Part shown: positions 33,694 through 44,293 of the stretch, piece by piece | Position numbering within the stretch: position 1 is the first letter of the stretch | Layout of the letters: every line of letters begins with the position of its first letter | Assembly: GCA_036630325.1 (NCBI GenBank) | Contig: CP142726.1 | Span: 1,116,001 to 1,180,000, forward strand | Direction of reading: 5' to 3' | Length of the DNA: 64,000 bases | Source: Vairimorpha necatrix | Lineage: Eukaryota | Translations under genes and position numbers: made by a program | Notes under the pieces: generated by a model | Told to the model about the DNA's origin: nothing | The model's input: the letters and a program-made list of their open reading frames with translations, nothing else | Database searches by the model: none

Positions 33694-35130
33694 TTACCTA
33701 TCTAAATATTTTGTTAATGTCTCTAATTTATTATAAACATCTACTAATTCACTAAAATCACATGTGTCTATTTTTTTACTAACTTCTTCTAGAAGTTTTT
33801 TGACTTCTTTCTTCTTTTTAATTTTTTTTTCTAAAATCGACAAATCTTTGCTTTCAATTTCTTCAGAAAGCTTGAAACTCGGACTAAATAAAAGTGAACT
33901 ATTTGTTAAAAAGCTTGACGAAGTGGGACTAAATTCACTTACACTTATTTCATTAGACGATGTATTCGTAGAATACAATCCATTAGATTTCTTGAAATCT
34001 TTGATTCTTGACGCATACCTTAAAGTGTTCAGAGTGTGTTCTAAATTTTCATAAGACGGGCTAATCGTGGCAATTATACAAGTCTTAGACTCGCCAATGA
34101 AAGAATTTTTCAGAATTTGTGTCAGCTTGCTTTGTCTAAAAGGAAGATGTTTTTTATCTAATTCTATTCCTCTAATACATTCTTTCAAGGCCAAAAGGCT
34201 TTTATTAATTTCTGCTCCTTCGTTTTTTATTTCATTTGTGCTGGCTTTCCGGTCCGTGCCTCGTTCACTGCCCGCTAGATCGACGAAAATTAAAGAATTT
34301 TTACTGGACAAAGCGCTGGATTTTTTAGCGTCAAAACTGACGATCAGTACGGCGTGAGATCTTGACGATTTAGAATTCGCGCCCGTTACGCCCGTCCTTC
34401 TGAAATTGAGTCCTTTGTTAATTATTTTACAAATATCATTGTAAGATTTGAATTCTAAACTTGTGCTATTTGTCAAATGGACTATTCCGCCTACTTCTCT
34501 TAATATAATTTTTTCTCTTTTATTTATTAAGTCGTAAATGTTTCCCATATAAATTTCGCAGAATGTTATAAATCCAGTGGGTTTGATTTTTGTGATGTCT
34601 GCTAGTGCTCTGTAAATTATGCCTGTGTTTTCTTCCATCATTGTGTAAGTCTTGCCTGTACCAGTTTGGCCATAAGCAATTATTGCACCACACCCGCCTT
34701 CATTGACATGTTTTACAATACTTGACAAAGTTTTATTGTAAACAAAATCATTACTACATGTTTTCTCAAACACTTCATCAAATATAAACTCATGTTTCTC
34801 CGTGTAGCTCTGTAAATCGACTTTTAATTTGGGCTCATTTACCGTCAATTGATTTTCACAAATGTCGACGGCGTCATCATTTTCGTCCTTCAGAGGGCGC
34901 TTACGAACACACACAATTATTTTATTATCATCAAATTTCCCAGAGATCCCGTTTTCTCTAATAATTTTCAGTAATTTAATTCTGTCAATATAATCGAGAA
35001 TACCCAAATCTTCAAGATCTGAAGATTTATAATTTTTTAAACTGGTGAATGAATTGATTCCCAATCTTGTAAGTGTGGGATAAATGTGGTGTAAATTATT
35101 TGCCTTTAGTATTTGTTCAAATGTAGACAT
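33694..35130 (-). CDS. Kinesin-13 family motor with N-terminal SAM domain (KIF24-like architecture)
   Basis: SAM-like N-terminus; IIVCVRKRPL, EPKLKVDL (kinesin-13 KVD finger), YGQTGTGKTYTM, NSKSSRSHA, DLAGSERG, EGAEINKSLLALKECIR, HLPFRQSKLT. Confidence 0.9.
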   Translation of the reverse strand: MSTFEQILKANNLHHIYPTLTRLGINSFTSLKNYKSSDLEDLGILDYIDRIKLLKIIRENGISGKFDDNKIIVCVRKRPLKDENDDAVDICENQLTVNEPKLKVDLQSYTEKHEFIFDEVFEKTCSNDFVYNKTLSSIVKHVNEGGCGAIIAYGQTGTGKTYTMMEENTGIIYRALADITKIKPTGFITFCEIYMGNIYDLINKREKIILREVGGIVHLTNSTSLEFKSYNDICKIINKGLNFRRTGVTGANSKSSRSHAVLIVSFDAKKSSALSSKNSLIFVDLAGSERGTDRKASTNEIKNEGAEINKSLLALKECIRGIELDKKHLPFRQSKLTQILKNSFIGESKTCIIATISPSYENLEHTLNTLRYASRIKDFKKSNGLYSTNTSSNEISVSEFSPTSSSFLTNSSLLFSPSFKLSEEIESKDLSILEKKIKKKKEVKKLLEEVSKKIDTCDFSELVDVYNKLETLTKYLDR

Positions 35131-35720
35131 AACAATAATGAGGGTATGGGAAATTATTAAAAGATAGGAAACAAATTGTAAAACTCCTTTTTTAAAGGAC
35201 AAATTAGAATATTATGACATACATGTCAAATTTAATTAATTATTTGCCCATTTAAGATTTGTAAAAAAGCTTAATTTTTGGTAATATCATTTTAAAAAAT
35301 TTTAAATTAATGAACAAACTGCACATTGAAAATATAAAATTACGAAGAAATTTGGTATATTTGTAGAATCATATATATAAAAGTTTAAGCTTTTTTTAAT
35401 GTTTTAGCCCCTTGAGAAACACACAATTAAAAAAAAACTATAAAAAAAATTTAGATTTTTTGGCAGGAATAATTTCAACTGTACAGTTTTAGAAAAATCG
35501 AAATTTTACAAAATTTTTAAATTTTTGTTTTTTTAGAAATACTTTGAAAAATGTTTATCATAAAATCTAAGAATTCCTATATTTTAATTGAGTCTTCCAT
35601 AACATTTGAAACTACAAACAGGCCAAATACAACTTTTCCATGACATTTGAAACTTCATAAGTAGTAAATACAACTTTTTCATAAAATCTATAAAATTTTT
35701 ATTTTTTTTTCACCCGTCAA

Positions 35721-36902
35721 ATGGTCCAGAAATATTTAAAGCCACACAAAAAATTCATCTCAAGATCAAAAATAAAAGATCTATTATTTCTAGAAGACAA
35801 AGAATTTGATGAATTAGTCACTCTACTAGGAATATTTCCATACGTAGCAAAAAAAAGTCAAAAACTTGACATAACATCAGATTTTTATTATAAAATTTCA
35901 GATTACGAAAAAATCAAATCTTCTGAAATTTTTAAAACATTTAAAAGCAACAAAAGCAAACTAAGAAAAAAAGAAAAATACGAAAAACAAGGACTATTCA
36001 CAAAAGCCAGTAAATTCCAGGAAGAAGAATATAATTTTATAAATCTTTTAAAAGATAGATTTAATTCATTCGGCAAAGCCGTTGATGAAATGAGTTCTTC
36101 ATTGTCAAGTTTATGTTTAGCAAATAAATTGGAGTTAGACGACGAAATTCCAAAAGTTTTAGAAGATTTTAAAAATTTTGTAATTGAAAATAAATTATTA
36201 ACAAAAGGTTTTATGTCTAAAAAAGGCGTGTATTACCAAGTAAATATTCAGAATATTAAAGTAATATGGTTAAATCCGTACAATGGAGATAATCTTAAAG
36301 AAATTATAGAAATAAAAAAAGACGAACCAGTAAAATTTAAATGGTCAGAATTGAATTTTCTAGATTTCGCGTCTGAAGAAGAAGACGAGTCTTCTGAAAT
36401 TGAGTATGTAAAATCTGATAAATTGGATGTGTCACTTCTTTCATACGCGATTCCTTTTCAAAAATATCATCTGAAACTTGTACTGCACAAATTGAATCTA
36501 ATGAGTTTAAAACAAGAAAATAATATTTTTGAAGGCTTGAAATTTTCTATCTTTTGTGACAATCTTGTTGACGATTTAATTTTTGTTATAAAATCGTGTT
36601 CTGGTTTAATTGATGATGTTAATTTTGATATTTGCTTAGGTGAGAATTTTGATGAAATTTTAGAAGATAAATTTTATTGTCATCCACAATATGTTTTTGA
36701 TTGTTTAAATTCGGGATGTAAACTTGATATTAAGAAATATTTAGTCGGGAAAAGTCTTCCTAAACATAAGTCGCCTTTTGAACTTGGTAATTTCGTGGAT
36801 CCTGATGCGTTAATTTCCTTGTCAAAAAATAAAAGGAATAAATTGCAAGACATTATTGACGGATTTGAGGATGTGCACTATAAAAATAAGAAGCAACAAT
36901 AA
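35721..36902 (+). CDS. NOP7: Pescadillo/Nop7 homolog
   Basis: FISRSK..L...F..L..L.GIFP, F.SKKGVYYQ, BRCT region HPQYVFDCLN, YLVGKSLPKHKSPF. Confidence 0.85.
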   Translation: MVQKYLKPHKKFISRSKIKDLLFLEDKEFDELVTLLGIFPYVAKKSQKLDITSDFYYKISDYEKIKSSEIFKTFKSNKSKLRKKEKYEKQGLFTKASKFQEEEYNFINLLKDRFNSFGKAVDEMSSSLSSLCLANKLELDDEIPKVLEDFKNFVIENKLLTKGFMSKKGVYYQVNIQNIKVIWLNPYNGDNLKEIIEIKKDEPVKFKWSELNFLDFASEEEDESSEIEYVKSDKLDVSLLSYAIPFQKYHLKLVLHKLNLMSLKQENNIFEGLKFSIFCDNLVDDLIFVIKSCSGLIDDVNFDICLGENFDEILEDKFYCHPQYVFDCLNSGCKLDIKKYLVGKSLPKHKSPFELGNFVDPDALISLSKNKRNKLQDIIDGFEDVHYKNKKQQ

Positions 36903-37037
36903 AAACATTAGGAAAAAAAAAATATTCTAAAAATCTATTTTAAAAAATTAAGTCAAAATGGCTAATGCGTTATTGTTCCAATTAAAGTGAAGATATTAAA
37001 AATAAATTGATTTTCTTAAATTTTTTTGGGCTTTTTT

Positions 37038-37616
37038 ATGATCGAGGAAGAAGAAAAGATTGTCTTCTATTTGGAAGAATTAGACAATAATTTCTCAAAG
37101 ATAAACAGAACATTAAAAGAAATAGAAGATAAAATAAGTAAAATATACAAAATAAATACCAAGGTAGTGTCAGATTATCAACCACTTATGACAATGTTTG
37201 AGAATAAATCTTATGATCAAGAAGAAAATCAGAACACGACAATAATTATGAAGTCTAATTCACCAAAGAATCCTTTCACAAACGACAAGTCAGAAATATT
37301 TGACAAATCTCAAGTGTCAGAAAAAGACTCGTCTTCTACGATCGAAGATCCGAAAATTTACAGTGACTCGTACGTGGACGAATCATCAAATGAAGAAATC
37401 AATGAATTTGATATTGAGAAAATTCCCGATATTTTCAAAGACGAAGAAGACTTTTTTGAACTTTACAATTTCATCTTGAGATCACAAAGAACAAAATTTG
37501 AAGAAATTATTGACGCATTTTGTAATGTGGACTATGACAAGATTTGTGTGTATTTGGATGTATTGAGAAATAAGAAATTTATAAAGAAAAAAGGCAATGT
37601 CTTTTACATTGAGTAA
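37038..37616 (+). CDS. Candidate DASH/Dam1 complex subunit Ask1-like protein, 192 aa
   Basis: GGG motif before the ATG. EEKIVFYLEELDNNFSKINR resembles the Ask1 core EQ.IT..LQEID.NFS. Acidic linker and a compact C-terminal domain. Confidence 0.5.
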   Translation: MIEEEEKIVFYLEELDNNFSKINRTLKEIEDKISKIYKINTKVVSDYQPLMTMFENKSYDQEENQNTTIIMKSNSPKNPFTNDKSEIFDKSQVSEKDSSSTIEDPKIYSDSYVDESSNEEINEFDIEKIPDIFKDEEDFFELYNFILRSQRTKFEEIIDAFCNVDYDKICVYLDVLRNKKFIKKKGNVFYIE

Positions 37617-37705
37617 TTGGAAAAATTATAACTAAAGTTTACTTTAGTCAATAAAAATTTTATAAAAATAAATTCAGTTAAAGTTTTTTTCTACACATCC
37701 AAATT

Positions 37706-38083
37706 ATGAAAAAAAATATTTTTGATTTTTATTTATGCAAAATTAAATCAGAAGTCGCCACGCTTCACTTGTCAAAACATTCACAATTTCTAGTAAATTT
37801 CAATCTCAAATTCGCAGTCTTTGATTTCTGTGGGAAATTAAAACAATATGGAAAATATTTCTCGAATTTGGGAGACTGTTTTATTATTGAAGACGACTGG
37901 GAAAATGACATCTCTGATATTCTGGACAAGTACGACTTGGTCTACTTCTTCGAAGATATCGAAAATATAAATGACAACATATTTTATAAGGAATTTGGGA
38001 AAGATAAGCATTTTATATTTATTGTTTTTTCTAAAGGAAACTTCCAATATTTAGAGAAAAACAATCTCTTTTACTTAAGATAA
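37706..38083 (+). CDS. Hypothetical protein, 125 aa
   Basis: ORF within a compact gene block; TCC before the ATG; no family recognised. Confidence 0.6.
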   Translation: MKKNIFDFYLCKIKSEVATLHLSKHSQFLVNFNLKFAVFDFCGKLKQYGKYFSNLGDCFIIEDDWENDISDILDKYDLVYFFEDIENINDNIFYKEFGKDKHFIFIVFSKGNFQYLEKNNLFYLR

Positions 38084-38463
38084 GTATTTATATGTGTCTT
38101 GTCTCTTATAAACTAAGAAACCAAAACTTTAATATATAAAACAGCCAATGAAATATATTTGATCTAATCAAAAATAACATTAGGAATAAAATAGACCGAC
38201 TTCGCTTAATAATATAACCTTTTTATTTTCCACTATCTTTTTTTTACGCTGATTTGATTTGACTTTGTTTGTAAACAAACAAATTCATCTAGACATGAAA
38301 TAAAAAAAAAATTTCTATTGAAAAATATATTGCATTTTTTTATAGATCTTAGGTAAATTACCCGTATCAAACTAGTGAACACAAATTTATCTATTTATAA
38401 AGCATTTTAATGTTTTTTATTTGATTTTCTAATATAATTTATTTTTTTTTGTTTAATTAGGGT

Positions 38464-40977
38464 ATGGATACATTTGAATACCAAAAATTCAAAGACCTCT
38501 TAGAAGAATGTTTACTAGTCCCTTTTAAAAGTCTTATACAACCAGACATGAATATTCTACCAAGATTCATAAATTTCAATATTCCTTCAGAAGACTTTAA
38601 AACTTCTCATTTTAATATTAATTTAATGTACGGTAAAATAACCTGGAACATAAAAAAAAGTAAATACAAACTTTATGCATTATGCAATAAACTATTTAAA
38701 CAAGGAATCCGCATAAAATCATATGAAAAATTAGGGAATTTATTTTCTGTATCAAAAAAACAAATAGGAGAAATTATAAATGAAATACTTTACAATATGA
38801 GATTTCATACCACAAATGACGCTTTTATATTTTTCAGAATTTCCAAATATTCATTTTATGGTCTAAAATTATATGAAGAAAAATTTTATGTTTTTAGCAC
38901 GAATTTGACTTCTACTTGTTGTTGTTTCGTGCGTAGTAAAAATATTCCCACTTCTTTTTATATAATTTGTAAATCTTCGCACATTTTATTATTAGATTTC
39001 AAAAATGATAAAATCAAAAAGATTTTTTATTATAAAAAAAAGTTTAATTATAAAATTGTAAGAGGAGCTTTAAAAACTTCTATTATAATTATCGACAATA
39101 ATATGAAATATAAGATAACTTCTTTACATAAAGACAGAGTTGAGAAATTATACGAAGAAATAGAAAATTCTATGTTAAATTATAATTCTGATAATTTTTT
39201 AAATTATTATTGTTTTAGTCCCGTAAGGTACGACAATATTGTGAATTTCTTTGTAGATGGTAAGAATTATTTCGAAGATTTATATTACAATTTAAGAAAA
39301 GCTAAAAAAGAAATCTTTTTAGCGGGCTGGTGGATTTTCCCGAAATTATTTTTAAAAAGAAATAAAAAAGGCGCCTATAAAAAAAGGTACAGACTTGATC
39401 ATCTTTTAAAAGAAATAGCGTCAAAAGGCGTGAAAATTTATATTTTGATTTATAGGGAAATTCAATTTACTGTTTCTATAAATTCGCAGTACACTTTCGA
39501 TATTTTAAATAATTTACATAGAAATATTTTTATTATGAGACATCCCAGAAATACGCCGAATAATTTTATTTATTGGACTAATCACGAGAAAATTGTAGTA
39601 ATAGATCAAAATATTGCGTATTTAGGAGGAATAGATTTATGTTTAGGTAGGTACGACACAAAAAAACATCTTTTATTTGATTTAAAATCAAATAAAAATA
39701 AGTCGAAAATCAAATTCCCAGAAAAATATGATGGAAATATTTGGCCAGGAATGGATTTCGCAAATCCATTGAAAAAAGATTTTAAATTTTTAGAACGAGC
39801 TGAGAAATCTTTGATAAATCGGAAAAATATGCCCAGAATGCCATGGCATGACATTCAGTGCAAAATTATAGGCGGATCTTCTTTTGATATTTCCTTACAT
39901 TTCATACAAAGATGGAATTTTTTAAGTGATAATTTTATTGTACCAAATGAATCAAATCTCTCAGATTGCAATTTTGGAAATTTCCCTTATGTTTTGTGTC
40001 GTACTTTACGATCCATAAGTAGTTGGTCTCTTGACGAACCAGGAGAACATTCCATTTATGACAAACAAATTGAGATTATAAGAAATTCTGAAGAATTTAT
40101 TTATATAGAAAATCAGTTTTTTATTACAAAATCTTCTAATGATGACTCTCATCCTCTAAATTTGATAGGTTTAGAACTTGTTAATAGAATTATTAAAGCA
40201 CACAAAGATCGCCGGCCTTTTAAGGTTTATATTGTTATACCAATTTTACCCGCCTTTGAGTTTAATTTAGAACTAGAGAAGAATTCTACAGTCATGAATA
40301 TTCTCAAAATACAATCAGAGTGTATTATTAAAACAGAATATTCCTTAATTAATATTCTGAAGAATGAAGGAATAAATTATGAAGATTACATTTTATTTTT
40401 GTCTCTACAGAAATATCAGAAAAATGGCGACATTTTCCAATCTGAGCAAATTTATGCCCATTCTAAAATTTTGATTTCTGATAACAGGAAGATGATTGTT
40501 GGGAGTGCAAATATAAATGACAGAAGTTTATTAGGAGACAGAGATACAGAAATAGGCTTGTATATTGAAGATAATAAGTATAATGAAGTGTCTGATTTAC
40601 TTAAGAAATTAATTTATGAACATTTAGATTTTAAAAATGTCAGAAGAAGGAAAAAAGAGTACAAAGATTTGTACTCTTTTTTAAGAAGACGAAGTTTGAA
40701 ACTTGGAGATGACTCGTTTTTCAAAATAATCCGCCAAGTGGCGCAAGAAAACACGAATTTGTACAAGGAAATGTTTAGTAATTTTTTATGTAATGAAATG
40801 AACACATTTTCGAAGTATTTTAAAGGACAAGAAACTAAGGAAAAAACCAAAGAAGAAAATTTCAGAAATATTTTGGGCAATTTTGTCATGTATCCTTTCA
40901 AATTTCTAATTGATGAAGATTTAGAGTCTGGATTTTTAAGTTTAAGCTCAATAATTCCAGATTCAATTTATTATTAG
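38464..40977 (+). CDS. SPO14: Phospholipase D1 (Spo14-like)
   Basis: Two HKD motifs (HEKIVVID, HSKILISD), GGIDLCLGRYD, PRMPWHD, IYIENQFF, GSANINDRSLLGDRDTE. Confidence 0.93.
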   Translation: MDTFEYQKFKDLLEECLLVPFKSLIQPDMNILPRFINFNIPSEDFKTSHFNINLMYGKITWNIKKSKYKLYALCNKLFKQGIRIKSYEKLGNLFSVSKKQIGEIINEILYNMRFHTTNDAFIFFRISKYSFYGLKLYEEKFYVFSTNLTSTCCCFVRSKNIPTSFYIICKSSHILLLDFKNDKIKKIFYYKKKFNYKIVRGALKTSIIIIDNNMKYKITSLHKDRVEKLYEEIENSMLNYNSDNFLNYYCFSPVRYDNIVNFFVDGKNYFEDLYYNLRKAKKEIFLAGWWIFPKLFLKRNKKGAYKKRYRLDHLLKEIASKGVKIYILIYREIQFTVSINSQYTFDILNNLHRNIFIMRHPRNTPNNFIYWTNHEKIVVIDQNIAYLGGIDLCLGRYDTKKHLLFDLKSNKNKSKIKFPEKYDGNIWPGMDFANPLKKDFKFLERAEKSLINRKNMPRMPWHDIQCKIIGGSSFDISLHFIQRWNFLSDNFIVPNESNLSDCNFGNFPYVLCRTLRSISSWSLDEPGEHSIYDKQIEIIRNSEEFIYIENQFFITKSSNDDSHPLNLIGLELVNRIIKAHKDRRPFKVYIVIPILPAFEFNLELEKNSTVMNILKIQSECIIKTEYSLINILKNEGINYEDYILFLSLQKYQKNGDIFQSEQIYAHSKILISDNRKMIVGSANINDRSLLGDRDTEIGLYIEDNKYNEVSDLLKKLIYEHLDFKNVRRRKKEYKDLYSFLRRRSLKLGDDSFFKIIRQVAQENTNLYKEMFSNFLCNEMNTFSKYFKGQETKEKTKEENFRNILGNFVMYPFKFLIDEDLESGFLSLSSIIPDSIYY

Positions 40978-41126
40978 TCCAAAAAACAAAAAATGAAATA
41001 ATAACAAAGTTTTATAATAATTTATTGACTATAATATGTTTAACAAAATATAAAGATGAGTTTTTCGTTAGCTTTTAAAAGTTTTATAATAATTTATTGA
41101 CTATATTTTGTTTTTCTAGCCCCTTT

Positions 41127-42458
41127 ATGTTCTTTAGAAGTAGTAATTATTCAATAAAAGACCACACAGTTGACCCATTTGAAATAATTTTAGAAACAGA
41201 AAAAAAGATCTCAAATTTGGCTATAAATTTAGAAAATGAAATAATTTACACCCAAGACAATTTCATTCACAAACTCAATAAAACAAAAAAGAACAAAAGT
41301 CAAGAAAACATTTCATCACTAAAAATAAAAAATGACTTGATAATTACAGGAGACATAAAAGGAAATGTCAAAATATTCAGTAAAAACATTTTAATTAGAA
41401 GTTACAGCGAGCACACAAATAAAATCAACGCCCTGGAATTGTACGAAGATAAAATTCTGATTTCTGCGTCTGACGACGCCACAATCAAATTCCACGACAT
41501 TTTAGAAAGCAAATCTTTTAAAACTTTTGACTGGTTAGAAGACAGGGTCAAAAGTCTTAAGATTTGTGATAAATTACTTTACATTGGACTTCTTAATGGA
41601 ATGATTTATGTTATAAATCTAGAGACATATGAAAAGATACAAGAAATTGAGACGAAAAAAGGAATTAATAATTTAGAAATAAAAAACGGAGAAATATTTT
41701 ACACGTCACATAATAAAATTTATAAACTAAAAAACGAGACAAATAATGAAATAAATCTAAATTTATTAGGAAGCCATACAAAATTAATCACAAAAATGAA
41801 AATATTAGAAAACAGAATATTTACAATTTCACTAGACGGATTTTTAAAGATTTGGTCACTAAAGGGAAATTTAATTTCCAAAATAAACTTCTCTAGTCCA
41901 ATTTTATCATTTGACAATTCAGAGAAAATATTTTATTTTGGCCTGGAAACTGGGCAAATTTGCCAATTAGGCGGAAATTTAAAAAAAGAAAAAAAGAAAA
42001 TTTTAAAAAACAAAAACTTAAAAGATTACGAAGAAGAAATTAATTATAAATTATTGGAACAAAATATTAATAAAAACACACAATTAGAAATATTAATGAA
42101 GAAATATGAGCACAAAGCAGCCTTGAAATATTCTTTAGAAAATAAGAAATTTATAGAAATATTCGGAGTTTTATATTTTTTATATCAAAATCGCAAATTG
42201 AAAAATGCGATTTTTAATCTTGAGAAAGAATATTTAGAAAATTTACTGGATTTTATTTCTGATAATTTACAAATTCCTAGTTTATTTGAAATATTTCAAG
42301 AGGTGTTAAATTTGATATTGTCGATTTATGAAGAAGATTTTAAAGATGATGAGGAATTATTTGAGAGATTGGAATATTTAAGTGAAGTGGTTGATGAAGA
42401 ATGTTATTTTCAAGAGAGACTTATAGAAATTTACAGTTTTTTAGAGTGTTATAAATAA
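41127..42458 (+). CDS. UTP15: WD40 SSU-processome protein Utp15-like
   Basis: Start at CCCCTTT-ATG. WD repeats (HTNKINAL..SASDDATIK; HTKLIT..SLDGFLKIW) plus a UTP15_C-like helical tail (YEHKAAL, LKNAIFNL...LENLLDFI). Confidence 0.78.
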   Translation: MFFRSSNYSIKDHTVDPFEIILETEKKISNLAINLENEIIYTQDNFIHKLNKTKKNKSQENISSLKIKNDLIITGDIKGNVKIFSKNILIRSYSEHTNKINALELYEDKILISASDDATIKFHDILESKSFKTFDWLEDRVKSLKICDKLLYIGLLNGMIYVINLETYEKIQEIETKKGINNLEIKNGEIFYTSHNKIYKLKNETNNEINLNLLGSHTKLITKMKILENRIFTISLDGFLKIWSLKGNLISKINFSSPILSFDNSEKIFYFGLETGQICQLGGNLKKEKKKILKNKNLKDYEEEINYKLLEQNINKNTQLEILMKKYEHKAALKYSLENKKFIEIFGVLYFLYQNRKLKNAIFNLEKEYLENLLDFISDNLQIPSLFEIFQEVLNLILSIYEEDFKDDEELFERLEYLSEVVDEECYFQERLIEIYSFLECYK

Positions 42459-42650
42459 AATACCATATAATTTGTCATTATTATTTTATTAGTCAAATAT
42501 TATATTTTAGAGTTTATTTTAGAGTTTCTTTGGAATATTTTTCGAAGTTTGTTTGTATTTTGTTCGTATTTTACAAATTCATGCAGAATTTTCGGGGTCA
42601 AAATTTATTTAGCATAAATTTTTAAAATTTTGCCCTTTAATTTTTTCTAA

Positions 42651-44063
42651 ATGTTTGAAGATGTCGTAGATCAAATCATAAAATCTTATAAATACGCTAA
42701 TTACACTAATATGACATTTTTATCTTCTTTTCTATATTCTTACACTTCTAAATACAAGATTCTACTCCCAATTTCTTTATATTTTACAGGTGAATATTCC
42801 AGATCTCTGTCTCTTTTATCTCCTTACAATACTTGTACTGCTTTATATTACAAATATCTCTGTTATAATCAACTCAGGGACTTTACAAATGCCTTAATTT
42901 GTCTACAGAAAATTATAGCAGAAGAAGTCGAAGTCGATGACTTCGACTTGGAAATATTTAAAGTCAACAAGAATGACAAAGAATATTTTTACAATGACAT
43001 GGCTTTGTGCTACACACAATTGTACGACAGAGACGAAGCTATTCGTCTTTTTAAAATGAGTTATCAAATTTATCCAATTTTTTCTACTATAGAAAATTTG
43101 ATATACGAAAATGAACTTGAAGAAATAGGACAGAATAAATTTAAAGAGAATAATTTTAATAATCAAATTAAGACAGTGTCAAGTTTGGATGAATTTATTA
43201 GAAATGTAAAGAATAATGACGCATTAGAAAAATATACAAATTTTATTCCTGGACTGGGTTCGTATGCACTCGCTTTTCAAGCGAAAAATGAGTTCGACCT
43301 CGGCTTGACTGAAAGCAGTAAAAAGATTTTTACAGTTTTAAAATCTAAAGATCCCAAATTTATTTATAACATGGATTATTTCAGCACAGTTTTGTGGCAC
43401 TCCACTGACGTCACAGATTTGGGAATTTTATGTAAAAATTTAATAAATGACGCTCCTTTAAGCCCAGTGACTTGGAAAGCTCTAGGGAATTATTATAATC
43501 ATAAAAATGATTATAAAAGAAGTATTTTGTGTTTAAAAAGAAGTCTTCATCTTTTAAATGACCCGTATACTTTAAATCTCTTGGGTTTTGAAAGTGTTTA
43601 TAAAAATGAGTACATGGAAGCTTTAGAATATTTCAAGAAGAGCACATTAATGTTAAGAAATAATTACAAGTCTCTTTACGGTTGTGCACTTGTTTATGAC
43701 AAAATTGATAAAAAGTCTACTGCTGATTTTTATTTTAAAAAGTGCATGTTTAATAACCAGCTTAGAGCCATGGGGATGAAGTTTTATATAAAACATGGGG
43801 AGTTAGATAAAGCGATACAAATTTATAAAATTGGTATGAAGTTTGATAATGTAGATTTGAATAATTTAGTAAAAGAGACACTTAATAAAAAAGGGAAATT
43901 TGATAATATTGAGGAATTTATGATTTTGGAGTTTGTGGAAATTTTGACCAAATTGAATTTGCTTGATTTTGCTAAGACGATTTTGAATATTGTGGAGTAC
44001 AGGGGGGAAACATATTATAAGAAAAAGGAGATAGTATTTGAGAAGAAGCATTCATTTATATAA
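42651..44063 (+). CDS. CDC27: APC/C TPR subunit Cdc27/Apc3-like
   Basis: MDYFSTVLWH, APLSPVTWKALGNYY, YTLNLLGFE, NYKSLYG TPR motifs. Confidence 0.8.
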   Translation: MFEDVVDQIIKSYKYANYTNMTFLSSFLYSYTSKYKILLPISLYFTGEYSRSLSLLSPYNTCTALYYKYLCYNQLRDFTNALICLQKIIAEEVEVDDFDLEIFKVNKNDKEYFYNDMALCYTQLYDRDEAIRLFKMSYQIYPIFSTIENLIYENELEEIGQNKFKENNFNNQIKTVSSLDEFIRNVKNNDALEKYTNFIPGLGSYALAFQAKNEFDLGLTESSKKIFTVLKSKDPKFIYNMDYFSTVLWHSTDVTDLGILCKNLINDAPLSPVTWKALGNYYNHKNDYKRSILCLKRSLHLLNDPYTLNLLGFESVYKNEYMEALEYFKKSTLMLRNNYKSLYGCALVYDKIDKKSTADFYFKKCMFNNQLRAMGMKFYIKHGELDKAIQIYKIGMKFDNVDLNNLVKETLNKKGKFDNIEEFMILEFVEILTKLNLLDFAKTILNIVEYRGETYYKKKEIVFEKKHSFI

Positions 44064-44293
44064 AGAGAGAAATGTAAAGTATTATTAAATATGCAGCATA
44101 AAATAAAGTTTTTTATTTATATATTTTTTATGCTGCATAAATAATTTTTTATAGTAAATTAATTATGTATGCGTAAATTTCATATTTATTTATATATTTT
44201 TATGCAGCATAAATTTATTCAAATTTTGTTTATTTTAAATAATTTTGCATAAATATTTCAAATAATTTTGTTTATTTTAATTTTAATTTTAGT

